A model generated the notes under the pieces. It made no database searches, was not told the origin of the DNA, and saw only the letters and a program-made list of their open reading frames with translations. 64,000 nucleotides of DNA from Octopus sinensis. Its lineage: Eukaryota. Below, in pieces: positions 34,194-48,900 of this stretch. Made by a program: the position numbers and the translations under genes. The stretch lies in NCBI RefSeq assembly GCF_006345805.1, contig NC_043002.1, forward strand, positions 56,792,001 through 56,856,000. Reading direction: 5' to 3'. Position 1 is the stretch's first letter. Each line of letters starts with the position of its first letter.

Positions 34194-37100
34194 CATTTGT
34201 GGGTGTGTCTTCATGTTTTTATGTCTATTTATGTTTATGAGAGAGCTATAAATTAATATGTATGTGTGTGTATATATGTAGGTGTGTGTGTATACATATA
34301 TTCTTATTTCATTTTTCTTGTTTATTTATTTTTTTCATTACACTGTGGCCATACAGGGGCACCAGATTAATGAATTTACTCAATTAATTAGTCTACCCGT
34401 CTCATTTTGCTAAGCTGCAAGGTTTTGTCAGATGTCAAAAAATACAAAAAAATATGTGCTCATACTTGTACATGTGTTTGTGTGTTGTGGAACCAAACCC
34501 CCATATTTCTGAGAAAATTTCTTAACCACACAGCCATTCCTCCACACAAACACACACTTACATAGATGCATACTCATGTACACATTTTTATTTTTATATA
34601 CACTTCTTTATATATGTATATATGTAGTGTGTGTGTGTATATATACATGCTAATATTGGTATTCTCATCCAAAGACTAACCCCTGTGGCACGCTTGAACA
34701 ATTGTTAAGATTTCTCATTACATGAACCATTGGTATCCTTATTCCACAAATAAGGTGTGTGTGTGTGTATATGTATACACTTTTTATTTGTGGATATATA
34801 TAAAGAATCGTTTTAATGACCACTTTTTCATGCTTGTATGAGTAGACAGAATTTCTGCAGCTGGCTGCCTTCCCTATCACCAACTCTCATCTTTCTCCAA
34901 GTAATGTAATATTTTGCCGTGATTGGACACGTCTTTCATTGAAGACTGCAGAAAAAGGTCACTACTTGCATAATGACGACACTCATTTACAACCTATCAT
35001 GCAATGTCACGCATGCACACACTCTCTTGTGATGCGCACCTCTTTCAGTTTCTCTCTACCTAATCCACTTACAAGGCTTTGGTCAGCCCAGGGCTATAGC
35101 AGAAGTCACTTGTCTGAGGTCCCACAGTGTGGAATTGAACACAGAACCATGTGGTTGGGATGCAAGCTTCTTACCATGCAACCACACATTTGCCTATAGC
35201 CATACTAGGCGCTTATATATAAATAAATAAATGTGAATATTTATATACATATATCAATTGGCTTCTGTGTAGCTTCCTTTAACCAACACTTGGAAGGCAT
35301 TTTCTATCTGAGGCATTAGCAGAAGACACGTGCCCAAGGTGGTGCAGGCAATGGGACCCCATGGTTGTGTGGTAAATACTTGACCATAAAACCCTTTTGT
35401 GTGTGCATGCGTGAACTGCTTAAGAGTGTATTGCTTGCTGTTTATGTGGCACCAGCACTAGTGAGGTGACCAAGTAACTCACAATACAAGATCCCTTGGC
35501 TGAATGGGGCTGCAATATGATGCTCTTCCTGTTGCCAACCCTTGTCTCTCTCCAAGCAAGGTAATCTTTCCGCCTGACAACTTTTCAGAGATTAGAAACT
35601 GACACTGCTTCTATGACAGTGATATGCATTTAAAACTATCACACACTGACAAAACAAAGAGACATTAACACACACACACACACACACGCACGCGCGCGAT
35701 AGGTTTCTTTTTGCTTCTATCAGCTGAATCCACTCAGAAGGTTTTGATTGGCTTGGGACTATACCAGAAATCATTAACCAACAGTGCCATACAGTGGGAC
35801 TGAACCTGAAACCATGTGGCTAGTAGGCAAACTTCTTAACTATGCAGCTATGCTTGTGCTTATATGTGTGTGTTGAGATACAGTTTTGTGTGTGTGTGAA
35901 GCAAGATGGAATGAACAGGTTTTAATCACAAAACGCAACAATTGTTTCTGTGCATTAGTAACAGCTGTTGCTGAGTTTTCCATATCATACTGTTACATAA
36001 AATGTTATGTAAATAAATATGATTCAGCATTAGCTGTGTACCCACACATCATCAGGTAAGTGGCTTTGAAACCACTCTGTGTTTGTGTGTGTGTGTATAT
36101 GTACATGCACACACACATAATCAAATTTCGATAGTGTTGGGAGCTCATGACATACCTGTTCAGTAATTTAGAACATTTCCGAAGTAAATACACATTAGAA
36201 GTGAAACATATAGGTTCAGTGTTCATCAGCAGACAAAAACAATCAAGTCAATATGTATAAATGTGCATTGAACTTGTGCTTGTAAAGTGGTCCTAACACC
36301 AACCACTTTGCAGTCTGGCAAACACCCAGTCCACCTTGTAAAGTGGTTGGCATTAGAAAAGGTATCCAACTGTAGAAAGCATGCTAAAGATGATTATGTG
36401 TGTGTGTGTCTACACATTTGTGTATGTGGTAGATGAGTGTACCAGTGAGTATTGCATGGTGCATAAAAGATTGTGTAGATACTCTCTCACACTGGCCTCT
36501 TGGTAGTATTTTTAGCTGACTTTTATGTATTTGTGGTTAGGAATATTTTCCTACTTTTCAATTTATTAAGTAGCATTATTTCTCCATTTCTTTAATCCTT
36601 GATAATACTACTTCTCTTTTTTTCTCTCTCTCTCTCTGTATTTTTCAGTTTTCTCTGTTTAATATGACATAACATTAGCATGAAATACTTTGATGTACAT
36701 CTAGAAAGTAAAATGCATCACAACTCTTTGCATACATAATGAAATGTCAAGAGGATTTCAGAAATCTTTCCTAAATATATTAGCCTCATCTATTTTAAAA
36801 CCATTCTGATTGGACTTTTGATAAGCATACACTCACCACACTCTTATCGCTTACCCATCCATTTGTCATCTCTGTTCTCTCTCCATGTCTACTTGTAACC
36901 ATTGTGTTACTTTTCATCCCCCTCATCACTTTTCATCTGCCCTTCCCAACCTTGCCGCTGTTCTTCATTATGTTTACTGTCTCACCCATTCTTCCATCTC
37001 TCACTCCCAAATACACTCTTTCAACCTCCATTCCCTAGCTTCCTTCCTTCCCTTCCTCCTTTCTGCTGCCTCATACCTTGGGGGTCCACCCAGACACTTC

Positions 37101-40100
37101 ATCACTTTTATTTTTATCTCTTCCCAGTTTCACCTCGATTAACCCCACCCTCTCTTCTAAAATGTGAGCAGCCATTTTGCTCCTTTACAACAAGAAATTT
37201 GTTCTGCTCTGACAAGCAATAAAGTTGTTGGCATTAGGGATGGCATCCAGCCATAGAAGCCATATCTAAGTAGACAGTTGAGCAAGATGCATTCCTGAGA
37301 CCCATTGGATGTTGTTGAAACCATTCAGCCCAAGGAACACCAGTGTTAAATAATGATGGTGGTGATGATGATACACAAACAGACACACCCACTTATTGGC
37401 ACACATTTTCATTTACTCATTTGTCTTTTTATCCTCCTCCTCATCATCATTTAATGTTTGCTTTCCATGCTGTCATGGGTTGGACAGTTTGACTGGATTT
37501 GGTAAGCCAGAGTTGCACCAAGTTCTAATCTGATTTTGCATGGTTTCTATGGCTGGATGCCCTTCCTAACACCAACTGCTCCATGAGTGTAATGGGTGCT
37601 TTTTACATGCCACCAGCATGGGTATTTAATTTATTACAAGGAAAAGGCAAGATGCATTCAACAATGAAATAAGGGAATTGAGATAGATGAGCTTGACAAA
37701 GCCTTTATGATATGTCTCTAAACACATCATTTTGAAACTGTTGTTTGTGTGAGATTGACTGAATTTCATTTTGTATCTGTACCACATCCTTATCTCAATG
37801 TAGGAAAGAGTAAAATTGTGTGTGCAAGTGCCCCCTCCCCCCATACATGCTTACAGACAGACAGGCATAGTATTGTGGTTAAGAAGTTTTCTTCAGAATC
37901 ACATGGTTAAGGGTTCAGTCCCCACCATATGAACATTGTTGACTGACATTTTTATACCATAGCCATAAGTTGACTGATACTTTGTGTGTAAAATTAATAG
38001 AAATTGAAGAAGCTTGTCATAGATCTATATCTACTTTCAATATATATATGTGTGTAAGTCTGTTTGTATTTCTTGTCTGCATATGTGTTTGTTGATTGTA
38101 AACAAAAGCCTCATTCAAACAGTGCTGTTTGTTTCTAGTTTTTTTTATCTAGTTACTGGTTATTATTATTCAATAGACCAAGAGATTATTACCTCCTTAG
38201 AAACAGCTGAGCTCTAAGGAGCTTCCTTGTAATAGGAAGGGTGTTCAGTTAAAGAGGATCTATCTCAACAAATTCTATCAGACCCAAACTAGCATGGAGA
38301 AGTGGACTTTAACATGATGGTCATGAGACAAACACACATGCGCATGCACTTAAATGTGGATTCTTATATGGATGCTTCCATGGTCAAATGATTTCAGTGT
38401 TTGGTTGGTTAATCCTGAAGTCAAAGCTATCATTTCCCTGCATGGCATTCTTGGAGAAGGCTGTCTTTTATGATAGTTGTGGGTCAACACATGCCACATT
38501 ATTTAAATTTCTCAGACGCACACAACATGCAGTAACATGTTAGATGGTCTCCTCCTGTAGGTCAGTCACAGTAATGCTGTCTTATGTTGGCAGTTTGAGT
38601 GCCTTTGTAGTACTCAGCCACATACACTCAATGTGTAGATAATTCTGTTTGACCAAACATTTTGACTCCTATTTGTAAATTTGTTTACTTTTTTACTTGT
38701 GTGTGTATGCCTGTACACGTATTTTTGATATATACATATGTAAAATAGACATTTGTGTTTGTGTGTGTATATATATATTTGTGTATGAATATATGTATAA
38801 TTTAGACCTGTGTGTGTTTGTAAGTATTCAGACTTATATTTGTATGTATATATATCAAGTATAACCGGCTGAACCTGCATTGACCCTCTGGAACTCAACT
38901 GAGGATAGGAAGCTCTGAATGACCCGTCCTTGTTTTTCCTGTCCTTTTTTGTATCATCTAACTGTCCGGATGTTTTGTTGTTGCCTGTTACATTCTTGTT
39001 CCATTTTTTGTTTTCTTTATATATATGTGTGTGTGTCTGTTTACATATGTATACATGTGCCTATAAGTAAGTATGTGTGCTGACCATGAGTTAACAATAG
39101 CTTTACCTCTGCTCTCAGTAATAGTCATTTCACTATTGTTAAATTTGCTGTCAAATGAATGCAGCCTTTGAACCACTATGGCCACCATCAGTCACAATTG
39201 ACGACATGTTCATGTTTACCATGCTTTTGCCTTTAGTAAACAAACCTTTGCTAGTTGCAGGATAGTTGCCCTTCTGTGTAGCAAAGTCTCAGTACTTGTT
39301 CATCTAACCCATACTGACCTGGAAAAATAAACGAAAAAAAAAAATGATTGAATGAAAATATATATAACAGATAGAAATAATGAGTTATATGCAGAAATAC
39401 AATACCAATCATAAAATTTTTTTTGTTAGCCTGATGTATTTTTATCTACAGAGAGTTAAAGAAATATTTCACTTGGGTTACTAATCCCTCATTAATCCCT
39501 TTTTGTTTTGATACATATCAAAACAGTGTGTTTTGATATGTATCAAATACACACATTAAGAAAGATTGCAAAGGGAGACAACCTATTTTTCACATAAAGA
39601 CTGGAAGCGAACAATTTCACTTGTAAGATGATGCTTGTTTACAACCATCTTGTGATGTCAAGACAATAAGCACGTTTGTGTGTGCACGCACAACAGACTT
39701 CTTGCAGTTTCTGTCTACCAAATCCACTTATAAATATATATATATACACACACACATATACACATGCATGTGTGTGTGCGTGTATATAATTGCGTATCTA
39801 TTGTGGGTCAGTGTTTCTGTGGAGCAATGTCCAATATTGTTGCGATGGTCACCGTAACAGGAGAAAACTCAGACTTGATACGACCAAGTTTACCTTCAAG
39901 CAGATATAGACATCAATAATGATAGGTGTGAATGACATTGGAGCAGGTGAAATATGTCAACATGGCATGGGATTTGGTGCTACTCAAGACCAGATGTCAT
40001 ATGTGGGTACTCTTGGTCTTGTTCTGCATGTGTTCCAGTATTTTCCTTAAACCATAATATGTTGGTTGCTCCTTAGCAAGTTGGCCTCAAACCTAAACAC

Positions 40101-40194
40101 ATCCAAAGATTCCTTTCAATGAGGACAACTTGAAATTCTACAACATGAGAGACAGCTTCCTATAATGACTTGTGTGTGTGTGTGTGTGGATCGC

Positions 40195-40360
40195 TAGCCA
40201 CTACACATTCTTTATTTTCTCTCCTTGTTTCTTTCTGTGGAAGTGTGTAGGCTCGAAACATAAAAGACTTCTTCACTTCCCAAGCGTTAAAACTAATACA
40301 CCTGTTTGTTGTCTAACCACCTGTCTTCGTCTTTTGTTTTTTTTTTTTTTGTGAATTCTC
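40195..40360 (+). repeat. Probable Penelope-type repeat end with a decayed hammerhead motif (40230-40267)
   Basis: UCUUU CUGUGGA A GUGU guag GCUC GAAA CA UA|AAAGA: perfect 5-bp stem I and hammerhead spacing, but a mutated core. Confidence 0.45.
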
Positions 40361-41544
40361 TCCCCATATATGTGTGTGTATGTACATGAATGTACAAATA
40401 TGTATCATGTGTCTATGTACATATATTACACATATTTATGTGCTAATGTGTGTGTATGTAGGTGTAGTATAACCGCAGAAGAAACTCACTGCTTGTTTAT
40501 TATGTCTTGGTTTCTGCAGTTTGACATCTTGAACAATTGTCACTGTCTGGTATCCCTGCTCAACTTAGACATTGTAAATTGGCTAGACACAACCTGAATT
40601 GAAACACCATTGCATTGATTGTATATAGAAAATTAAAAGAGCAGACCTGTAACACTGGATCACTGTGCTTGCGTATTATGTTAAGGGTACATGTATCTGT
40701 GGAATGTTCAGTCTCTTGCATGTTAATTCAGTGGTCCTGGTGGGCCCTGATGATCAAACAATTGAACACTCATGGTAAATAATCCTGACGGAGATCGATT
40801 TGTATGCATAAAGAGCTCAGACTCTCCAAGCAAAGGCATCAATTGTTGCTGTGCATTTCTCCTTCACATTTCATATTTTCAACAAAGAAGACACATTACA
40901 TACCCTGAAAAACTGTTGATGAGGTTATCAAAAGGTGGTCCCATGTAGAAAGCACACACTACACACTGTAAAGTAATTGGCATTCAGAAGAGCATCCAGC
41001 TGAAGGAACTATATTAAAACAGACAGTTGAGCTTGGCACAGTCCTCTAGCTCACTAGTTCCTTATAAACTACACAACCCATGCCAACCTGGAAAACAGAT
41101 GTAAAATGATGATGATCTTCTTCATGCTTCATCCAAAGCACTCAGATGCTCCAACTAAAGGAATTTCCAATCACAGAGAGGGTCCAGATTAGTTCCTATT
41201 TCACTTTGTGATTTGCTAGAGTACATATCCTTTGGTTGAAATTTTGACCCCATCCAACACAATGGACTTCCTAACAAGCAGCAGTGAATAACATGCCAGT
41301 GGAGCCTGTCTGTATCTCTCTTGGTTTGACTATGTTGACAATCTTGCCCTCACAACTCATCAAGTGTGTGTGTGTGTGTGTTGTACAAAACTTTAAAGCT
41401 GCAGTTCAGTTTGTTTCTCACTATAATGAAAACTAAGTACGCATGTGTGTGTGTGAATGAATATATACTGAGTCTGTCTGTCTGTCTGTCTGTCTGTGTG
41501 TGTGTGTGTGTGTGCACATGCACGCACATGTCTACATTCACATA

Positions 41545-41579
<35 letters not shown>

Positions 41580-41786
41580 GCATGGATGTATATACACAGC
41601 TATGGACATGTATATAGATATATTTACATTTGGAAATTTAGTCATGTATATGTGTTTATATATATATAACACACACAGATACACATACACACAGTTTTCC
41701 TTTTTTAAGGTTTCAAGGAATATTGATTTTCACATATTAATTCCATGTGATAACAAATCTTCCTGTCTGGTTCTATGGTTTTACAG

Positions 41787-41792
41787 AGATAA
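41787..41792 (+). CDS. ATXN7: Candidate last coding exon of the ataxin-7-like gene (AGA TAA = R, stop)
   Basis: Acceptor TCTTCCTGTCTGGTTCTATGGTTTTACAG. It is phase 0, compatible with the donor at 33640, and marks the start of the SINE-poor region. No homology support. Confidence 0.4.
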   Translation, partial: R

Positions 41793-41831
<39 letters not shown>

Positions 41832-41916
41832 AACATCAGATTTATGCTTCAATTTAATGTGATTTTCATCTAATGTTAAAGTGATTTATGTCCACATATG
41901 CAATTAATTATAAGGC

Positions 41917-41968
<52 letters not shown>

Positions 41969-42034
41969 ATATATATAGTATTATACTACATAAATATACT
42001 TATATGAAACATCTATCTTCTATTTATATAATCC

Positions 42035-42067
<33 letters not shown>

Positions 42068-43350
42068 TGTGAATGTATGTGCGTGTAAAGCTTGAATATT
42101 TATCAGTTATTCTTCATCTTCACCATAGTCACCATCATTACCATCATCATCATCATTAATATCATTTTTTTTTAATTAACTATATATATAAAATCAAAGT
42201 ATTTTCTCATTTTTCACCGAGTAAATTCTAGTTAGTATATTAAATCTTAAACTCCACCAAAAAAAAAATATAAATAAAATCATTTACAACAAAGAAATTC
42301 ATTGAAGTGTAATGGGACAGACCATGAAGCCTTGTGTTTCTTCATAGTCTCATTATTGAAAACTAAACATGAAAGTCGTTAAATTTATTAATTTATAATT
42401 TTTATATATAAGGAAGTCAAAAGATAAAATATTGTCTATAGTTCTGTAAAAAAAAAAATAAAAACATTGGTTTGAAATGTCGTTTATTAAGCGTTTCAAA
42501 TTTGACCAATCAGACATGATGCTCACAGTTAGTGCGGATATCCTTTATCCAACAATTTGTTTTTCTTTTATTTTTCTCTCTTCTTCTCTTTTTTTTTTTT
42601 TTTTGAATTAAAAATGTATCCGTGGTTTCATCGTGCATCTACAACTGGAAACGACAGAAACACAAAAGAAATTTGCTTTAGTAATTTATAATTTATGTCA
42701 AATTTTTAACAAATTTTTTTCCCTTTGCTTCTAGAACTAAATATGCTTTGTTCCCTACCCCTCCTCCCTTTGCTTGTTATATTTTTATTTTAATGATGCA
42801 GTATTTAATTTTGAAGTACCATTGGCACAGAATTGCCGAATTCTGTTGTGCTTTTAATCCATTACATATATAAAGCTTCATCAAAAATGAAATGAAAAGA
42901 AAAAAAAAGAATACCTCGTTAGACGGCTCAAAATAATTTAATGTCTTTTTTTTTTCATTCAAATTTTTATGAATTGTAGTTAAATATTTATTAAAATATT
43001 TATAAAATGAAACAATATCAAGGTTATCTTCTAGGACCATGTTTGACAACAGTACCTCTGAACAATTCCAGCAACTCCCCAAATATTTTAACTGGATAGC
43101 TAAAACCAGAAAATTCTCTCTGTATGTATGAGCATTTGTGTGCGCGTGTGTGTGTGTATGTGTGAAAGAATGGATGTGTGCATGAGCATAATTCTATATA
43201 TATAATAATATAAATTTCCATCCATCCGAATAAATGTGGCTGGACTCCTTCCATTTGCTTTGTGTGTGTGTGTGTGTGAAATGTTTTGCTCATTAATATT
43301 CAATAAAAGGTGTTGAAGTTTTAGTACTGGAAACCCATTAATCAACAGTG

Positions 43351-43424
<74 letters not shown>

Positions 43425-43719
43425 CCATTAAGGATAAGTATAACTTAATTTATTCAAAAAACAATTGCTGTGGTCTAATACAGAAAAAAAATACTTGTAA
43501 ATATGTATGTATTATAGAATAAGATATGAGCTTAGAGTTGTAAGGCATCAAGTCATTTATAACATGCTTATATAGAAGAGAATACAAATGTTTTTTTGAT
43601 ATTTTCTTACCTATTGTGTGTGTACATACACACATACATATACATGTGTGTGCATATGTGTATGTATGTATATATATATACATACATACATACATACACA
43701 TAAACACACATGCACACAC

Positions 43720-43772
<53 letters not shown>

Positions 43773-44063
43773 TAAACATGTATATTAGATGACAATTAAG
43801 ATGCCAGGACCTGCTAATTCTTTGGTGTTTCCCTTCTCATTGTTTTCTCTGATTAATTAAACACATTCCTTCATAAAAATAATTTTACTACTACTACTGC
43901 TACTACTACTTTTATCATTGTTGTCAGGGTCAATTTTGCCTTTTATCCCTCTGGGTGTTAATAAAATAAAGTACCAGTGAAGTAACGGGGATTGATGGTA
44001 GTGACTTACCCTTTTCCCTCAAAATTACTGGCTCTGAGCCTAAATCAGAAACCATCATTATTA

Positions 44064-44102
<39 letters not shown>

Positions 44103-45543
44103 TATTATTATTATTCAAATAATCGAAAGTGGTCTGATTTTTATGCCACACACACACATACACACACACATACACACACATTTAATATATATTTATAAAC
44201 AATGATCACGAAACATTTGAGGATTGCTCATTCATAGAACTAACCGGAAGGTTTTTCTTTTTAATCTTTAGTGTATTTTCTGGCTTCCAAATTTTATTTT
44301 AGAATATAAAGTAAATTGAACTCCTGTAGCTGAGACAGTAATTAGTTGAGGCCCCGTTAGCAGCTCTGGGTTTAATAGCTAGTGCCAATATGTAAAATGA
44401 CACTGGAGTACAATGAAAACTGTTCAACTGAACTAATGGTTCCAATATTGTCTCTGATCTATTTATGGCATTGATGAGGGTGAGTAGCAAATAATGTTAA
44501 CATTAAACTAATATAGATTGATATTAATTCTTAGTATTCGATTTCCTTGGGTTTTATTTGTGTAGTTTCTTAAATTTTTTTTTTTTTTCACAAATTTATA
44601 AAAATACATGTAACTGCTTGATTCAGAATATAATTTGGCCAAATGTCCAGGGATGGAAATAGAGACAGAGGCCAGGCAGAAAATTGAAGACTTGTCATGC
44701 AACAGTGCCTGCAGTTAGTTAAACTCAGTCGCCATTCGATTCCATATCAGTGTATCTTGCCACTCATTAACCGTGCCATTCCTGAAAAACTGAAAAAAAA
44801 AAAATTAAAAAACGAGAAAACATATATATCCATAACAAATCCCAACCAACTAATTTTTAACACTTGTGGTTTGTACATAACTTCACAATTCTTCTCCAAG
44901 ATGGTTCAAAAAATGAGAGAACATGGCATCTGAGTCACTATACAACTTGCTCAGTTTATATTTGAATCAGAATTATAACCAAAAAAAAAAAAAAAAAACT
45001 ATTGTTCAATTGTCGATACCTCCAGTACCTCAGCGGATCATATGCTAGCTAAACTCAGACTGTGGTATGAGTTCTGGTAAGTTATTCCAACTCTAAGTGC
45101 CTCGTACCAATTTCAATATCGTCTGGTGCAAGATACCACTCTGATGCAAATTAATCCTGCTGAATATACAGTGTGTGTGTGTGTGTGCATATATGTACAT
45201 ATATTCATACACATATACACACATACATCTACATATACATGCATACACACACACACACATATGAATGATTTAAATAGCAGTTTCCAGTTTTATAAATCTC
45301 TTTTGAACATGATATCTTCAGAACAAGTTCTGAAAATATCAAAATTGAGGAAGCAGATTTATAAACCTGTTAATTACTACAGAAATAATCTATATATTTA
45401 AATCTATTTCCTGAAGTATCGAGTAATCTATTTAGTTTGTGAATGACCTTGTTCCCATGAAGAGGCACATTTTAAAAATATATTTTTGTTGGTATACATT
45501 GTTTGTATGCATACATGTGTGTGTGTGTGTGTGTGTGTGTACT

Positions 45544-45574
<31 letters not shown>

Positions 45575-46330
45575 TTATACATGGATGTGTGTATCTGTGG
45601 CATATATCAAAAACATGACTGTATTTACAAAGCCATGAAGCACAAAAGGAAAACCTAAAATCTAGATAGGAAAACATTAGTGGACATGTCCATACTGAAC
45701 AGAATTACCCACAACAAATAAACTGCAATGGATAACACAAAGCGTGTCCACAAATAATGTGCATGTCACACACATAGCATGAACATGTAACAGTTGATAT
45801 ATCTAACTATTTAAATTCTGCCAATAAAGTCTACAATAAGTCACAGATGTCTACAGCAAAAGAGTCTGTTGCACTCACCATCCTGAAGATGTAGCTGAGA
45901 AAGTTTTCAAAATATCGATTTAGGAACTTTTCCAAAGGAATAACAAGGGCCTTGTACAAAAATATTGGAAAACAAGAAAGGTCTTGATGAAAATAGATAA
46001 AATTAGAGGAGTCATGTTTTCTGTGTGTGTGTGTGTGTGTGTGGCAGTAAAGATTATAAATAAGCAGCAGTACTTTTTGTTTGGAGTTTCTTGCAACAGT
46101 TGTTCTGCACCAAGTATGAGGCACTCTCTTCCTTGTCAATCTCGCCACCAGAAATGCTGTGAACCAGTGATTGGCCTGTTGGATGCCTGTACCCAACATT
46201 TCTTATGGTTCACTAAATGTGATATATAATGTGTATATTTATGTGTGTGTGTGTGTATTTATGAGAGAGAGAAAAAGAAAGCTGTATATGAATGTGTATG
46301 AGTATACAATGGTGTAAATGTATATGTGTG

Positions 46331-46371
<41 letters not shown>

Positions 46372-48900
46372 GTATATATATATATGATATGTATATAAGT
46401 ATGTGTGTCTGTGTGTGTATGTTTTAAATACATGACTGCATTCAAGGTTTTAGATGTTTTTTATTTTCTTTTTTCTTCTTTACTGTTTGGAACAATAAAT
46501 TTCCTAAATTCATATTCGATGTTTCCAGACTTTCTCAGTTTTGGTTTCAGGAATTAAATATATTTGACATTTGTGTTAGTTTCTTAAACTCTGAAAATTT
46601 CGAAACGTTGAATATGAATTTAGGAATTTGATTATTCCTAAGCTAATGGTTAAAAAAAGCAAAACTTAGAACATGCAAAAAGTCCAAAATCAAAAAAATA
46701 ACTTTTGAACACAGTTGGGTATTTAATGAAACTTGTGTGTGTAATTGTCTGATTGTTTAGCAGCACTATTTCACTGCCCTCTTTCAATTACATCGTTAAC
46801 CCATTAATTACATCAAGCTACTCAGTTACTAAATTATTGTTGTAAGTTCAGATGGGAATTTTACTGGCTGTTAATAGTATAATGTAAATTTTGTATCATG
46901 GGTATTGACTCCATTTCTGTATTGTTGGGAGTGGTGGGCATGTATAGGTTAAACCTAATAATTTGTACCGACAAGTAAAATGGTCAGGTTAGCCTGGCAA
47001 AGTCTAAATAAAGTCATGTCTAGTGTAATTTTTTTTTTCTAATATTTACATAACTAACAAAGTTATTCCTTTAGTAATAAACCCAGTGAAATTCTATCAT
47101 GCGTGACATTCAAATTTTAAAAATATAATAATAATAATTATAATGATAATAATGCAAAAATATGTCAGCCATTTTAATCCAAAAGAAATTACAAGACAGC
47201 TAAATATGTTATTTTGATATATGTCATCATGTAGCGTTCGAAACCTGTGGCAAGCAACATGACCTTTTTCAGGACATTTCCTTTTAATTTATTTCTTCAT
47301 TCCAAGGGAAAGTAAAAAAAAAAAATGATTAAAAAATATATATAAAGACAAAGATTTGGTGGCGTTACAGGTATTGTTTAATATCCCATTAAATATTAAT
47401 ACCATTGTTTTTTATCTCTTTGGGCTAGTTATTTTTTTTTCTCCCAATCCCCTCTGTCCCTTCCACCCCCTTATTATGGTCACTCACCAATATTGTCTCT
47501 AAATTTGCTCTGAAATTCAACGATAGTCTAATTGGCAGCTGTGCAATGATTTCTAAGAGTTTATTTCTGAAAAAAAAAATTCGGTTTCTGTGTTAATCCA
47601 TTTGGGATATTATGGCCAAGTCATTTCAGAGTTTATTTTTTGACATTGGTGTCATTTTTATTATCTCCCTCTGTCTTTACACCCGCCTGCCCCTCCACAA
47701 TTCTATGTACCCCCACCCCGACCCATTAAATGCCGACATGCTACACCTCAACATACACAAACAACACACCAAACACGCAGCATTGTTTCCAGGTAATTTC
47801 CAAATGTAAACAACGACGTCCTGTGTCCGGGACTTGAGGACATAAATTTGAAACACTTTTATTACTGACTGAGGGGAAGATAACTCTGCATGAGAAATCC
47901 ACTGAGCTGCAGACATGGTGTGTGGCTGTTGTTGCTTGATACAAAAAGTTTTAAAAATAATAAATGAAAAAAATAATACAAAATGAAAGAAAAAAAAGAG
48001 AAAGAAGAAACAAAACAAAACAAAAAAAAAAAACTCTTCAGATATGACAAAACCTGTTACTTCCACCATTCCTTCTTCATCCTAAGGTTCTTGCCGCTCA
48101 TATAATTGGCACCTTTTTACAAAAACAAAAAAATGCTCAAGTCATTTTCCAAAATGAACTATTATTTTTCATGTGTCAAATTTTGAATACATTACACATT
48201 TTCATCAGATAGCCTTTGCGCTACTGATTGGGGCAGTATGTTTATATTGCTGGTATTTCGTGATAAACGGATGGATGAATGTGTTCACATTTCTTGAAAT
48301 ACCAAATAATAATAATAATAAAAAAAATTTGAAAAAAATAAAACTGGAACAAAAAAATACATAGGTCTGAAAAAATGTATAAATTGTAATATATACAAAA
48401 TAAGATTCTTATATAAAGAGTTTTCTCTTTTTTTTTTTTTTTATATATATATATTCTTGAAAGATCTCTCCTGAGGATATTTAGTGATGTTTGCAAGTAA
48501 CAGTAAATTGATTTTTCATAAGTGTTGTTTTTGTTGTTTATTTACTTGACTGCGCCCATTTGTCTTTCTGATAATGTCCAACTCCCTTCTCTATGAAAAT
48601 AACATGTGGCCCGAATGTGGAAGAGGGACTAATCCCCCACTCCCCTCCTACCTTACAAACCACCCTGACTCCTAATATTTCTTTCCTGATCCCTCACATT
48701 AAAAAAATGTTAATCATGCTCAACTCAATCTGATATTTTTAATTGATTTTTGTTGCTAATTAGTGAAAGAAAAAAAATTAATGCTGTTCATTTTGTAAAT
48801 GCTCCCCCTCAACAGCCTGAGAAATGATAAATAATTTTGCCTCCTTTTGCATTAAAATTAGTCCCTCGTTCATTGTATGGAGAAAAAAAAATTGTGAATA
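41793..48900 (+). other. Candidate long 3'UTR (~7 kb)
   Basis: Only one SINE fragment (~43925-44090) was noticed in 7 kb, against dense repeats on both sides. It is rich in A/T homopolymers and GT/TC/TA tracts and has several AATAAA. Strand and end are inferred. Confidence 0.45.
43354..43424 (+). repeat. (TC)n polypyrimidine tract, ~70 nt
   Basis: Direct reading. Confidence 0.95.

Noticed and set aside
36034-36055. Possible ATXN7 microexon ending CATCAG|GTAAGT
   Set aside because: The donor is good but the acceptors are weak. The 36028 acceptor gives an immediate stop, and no phase-1 downstream partner was identified.
36840-37170. Pyrimidine-rich ORFs 36885-37222 (and the similar tract at ~58180-58560)
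   Set aside because: Low-complexity CT-rich sequence with no recognisable product.
47612-47809. GC-richer ORF (TRLPLHNSMYPHPDPL...) as a further coding exon
   Set aside because: No homology and no clear in-phase acceptor. It lies in the UTR-like region.
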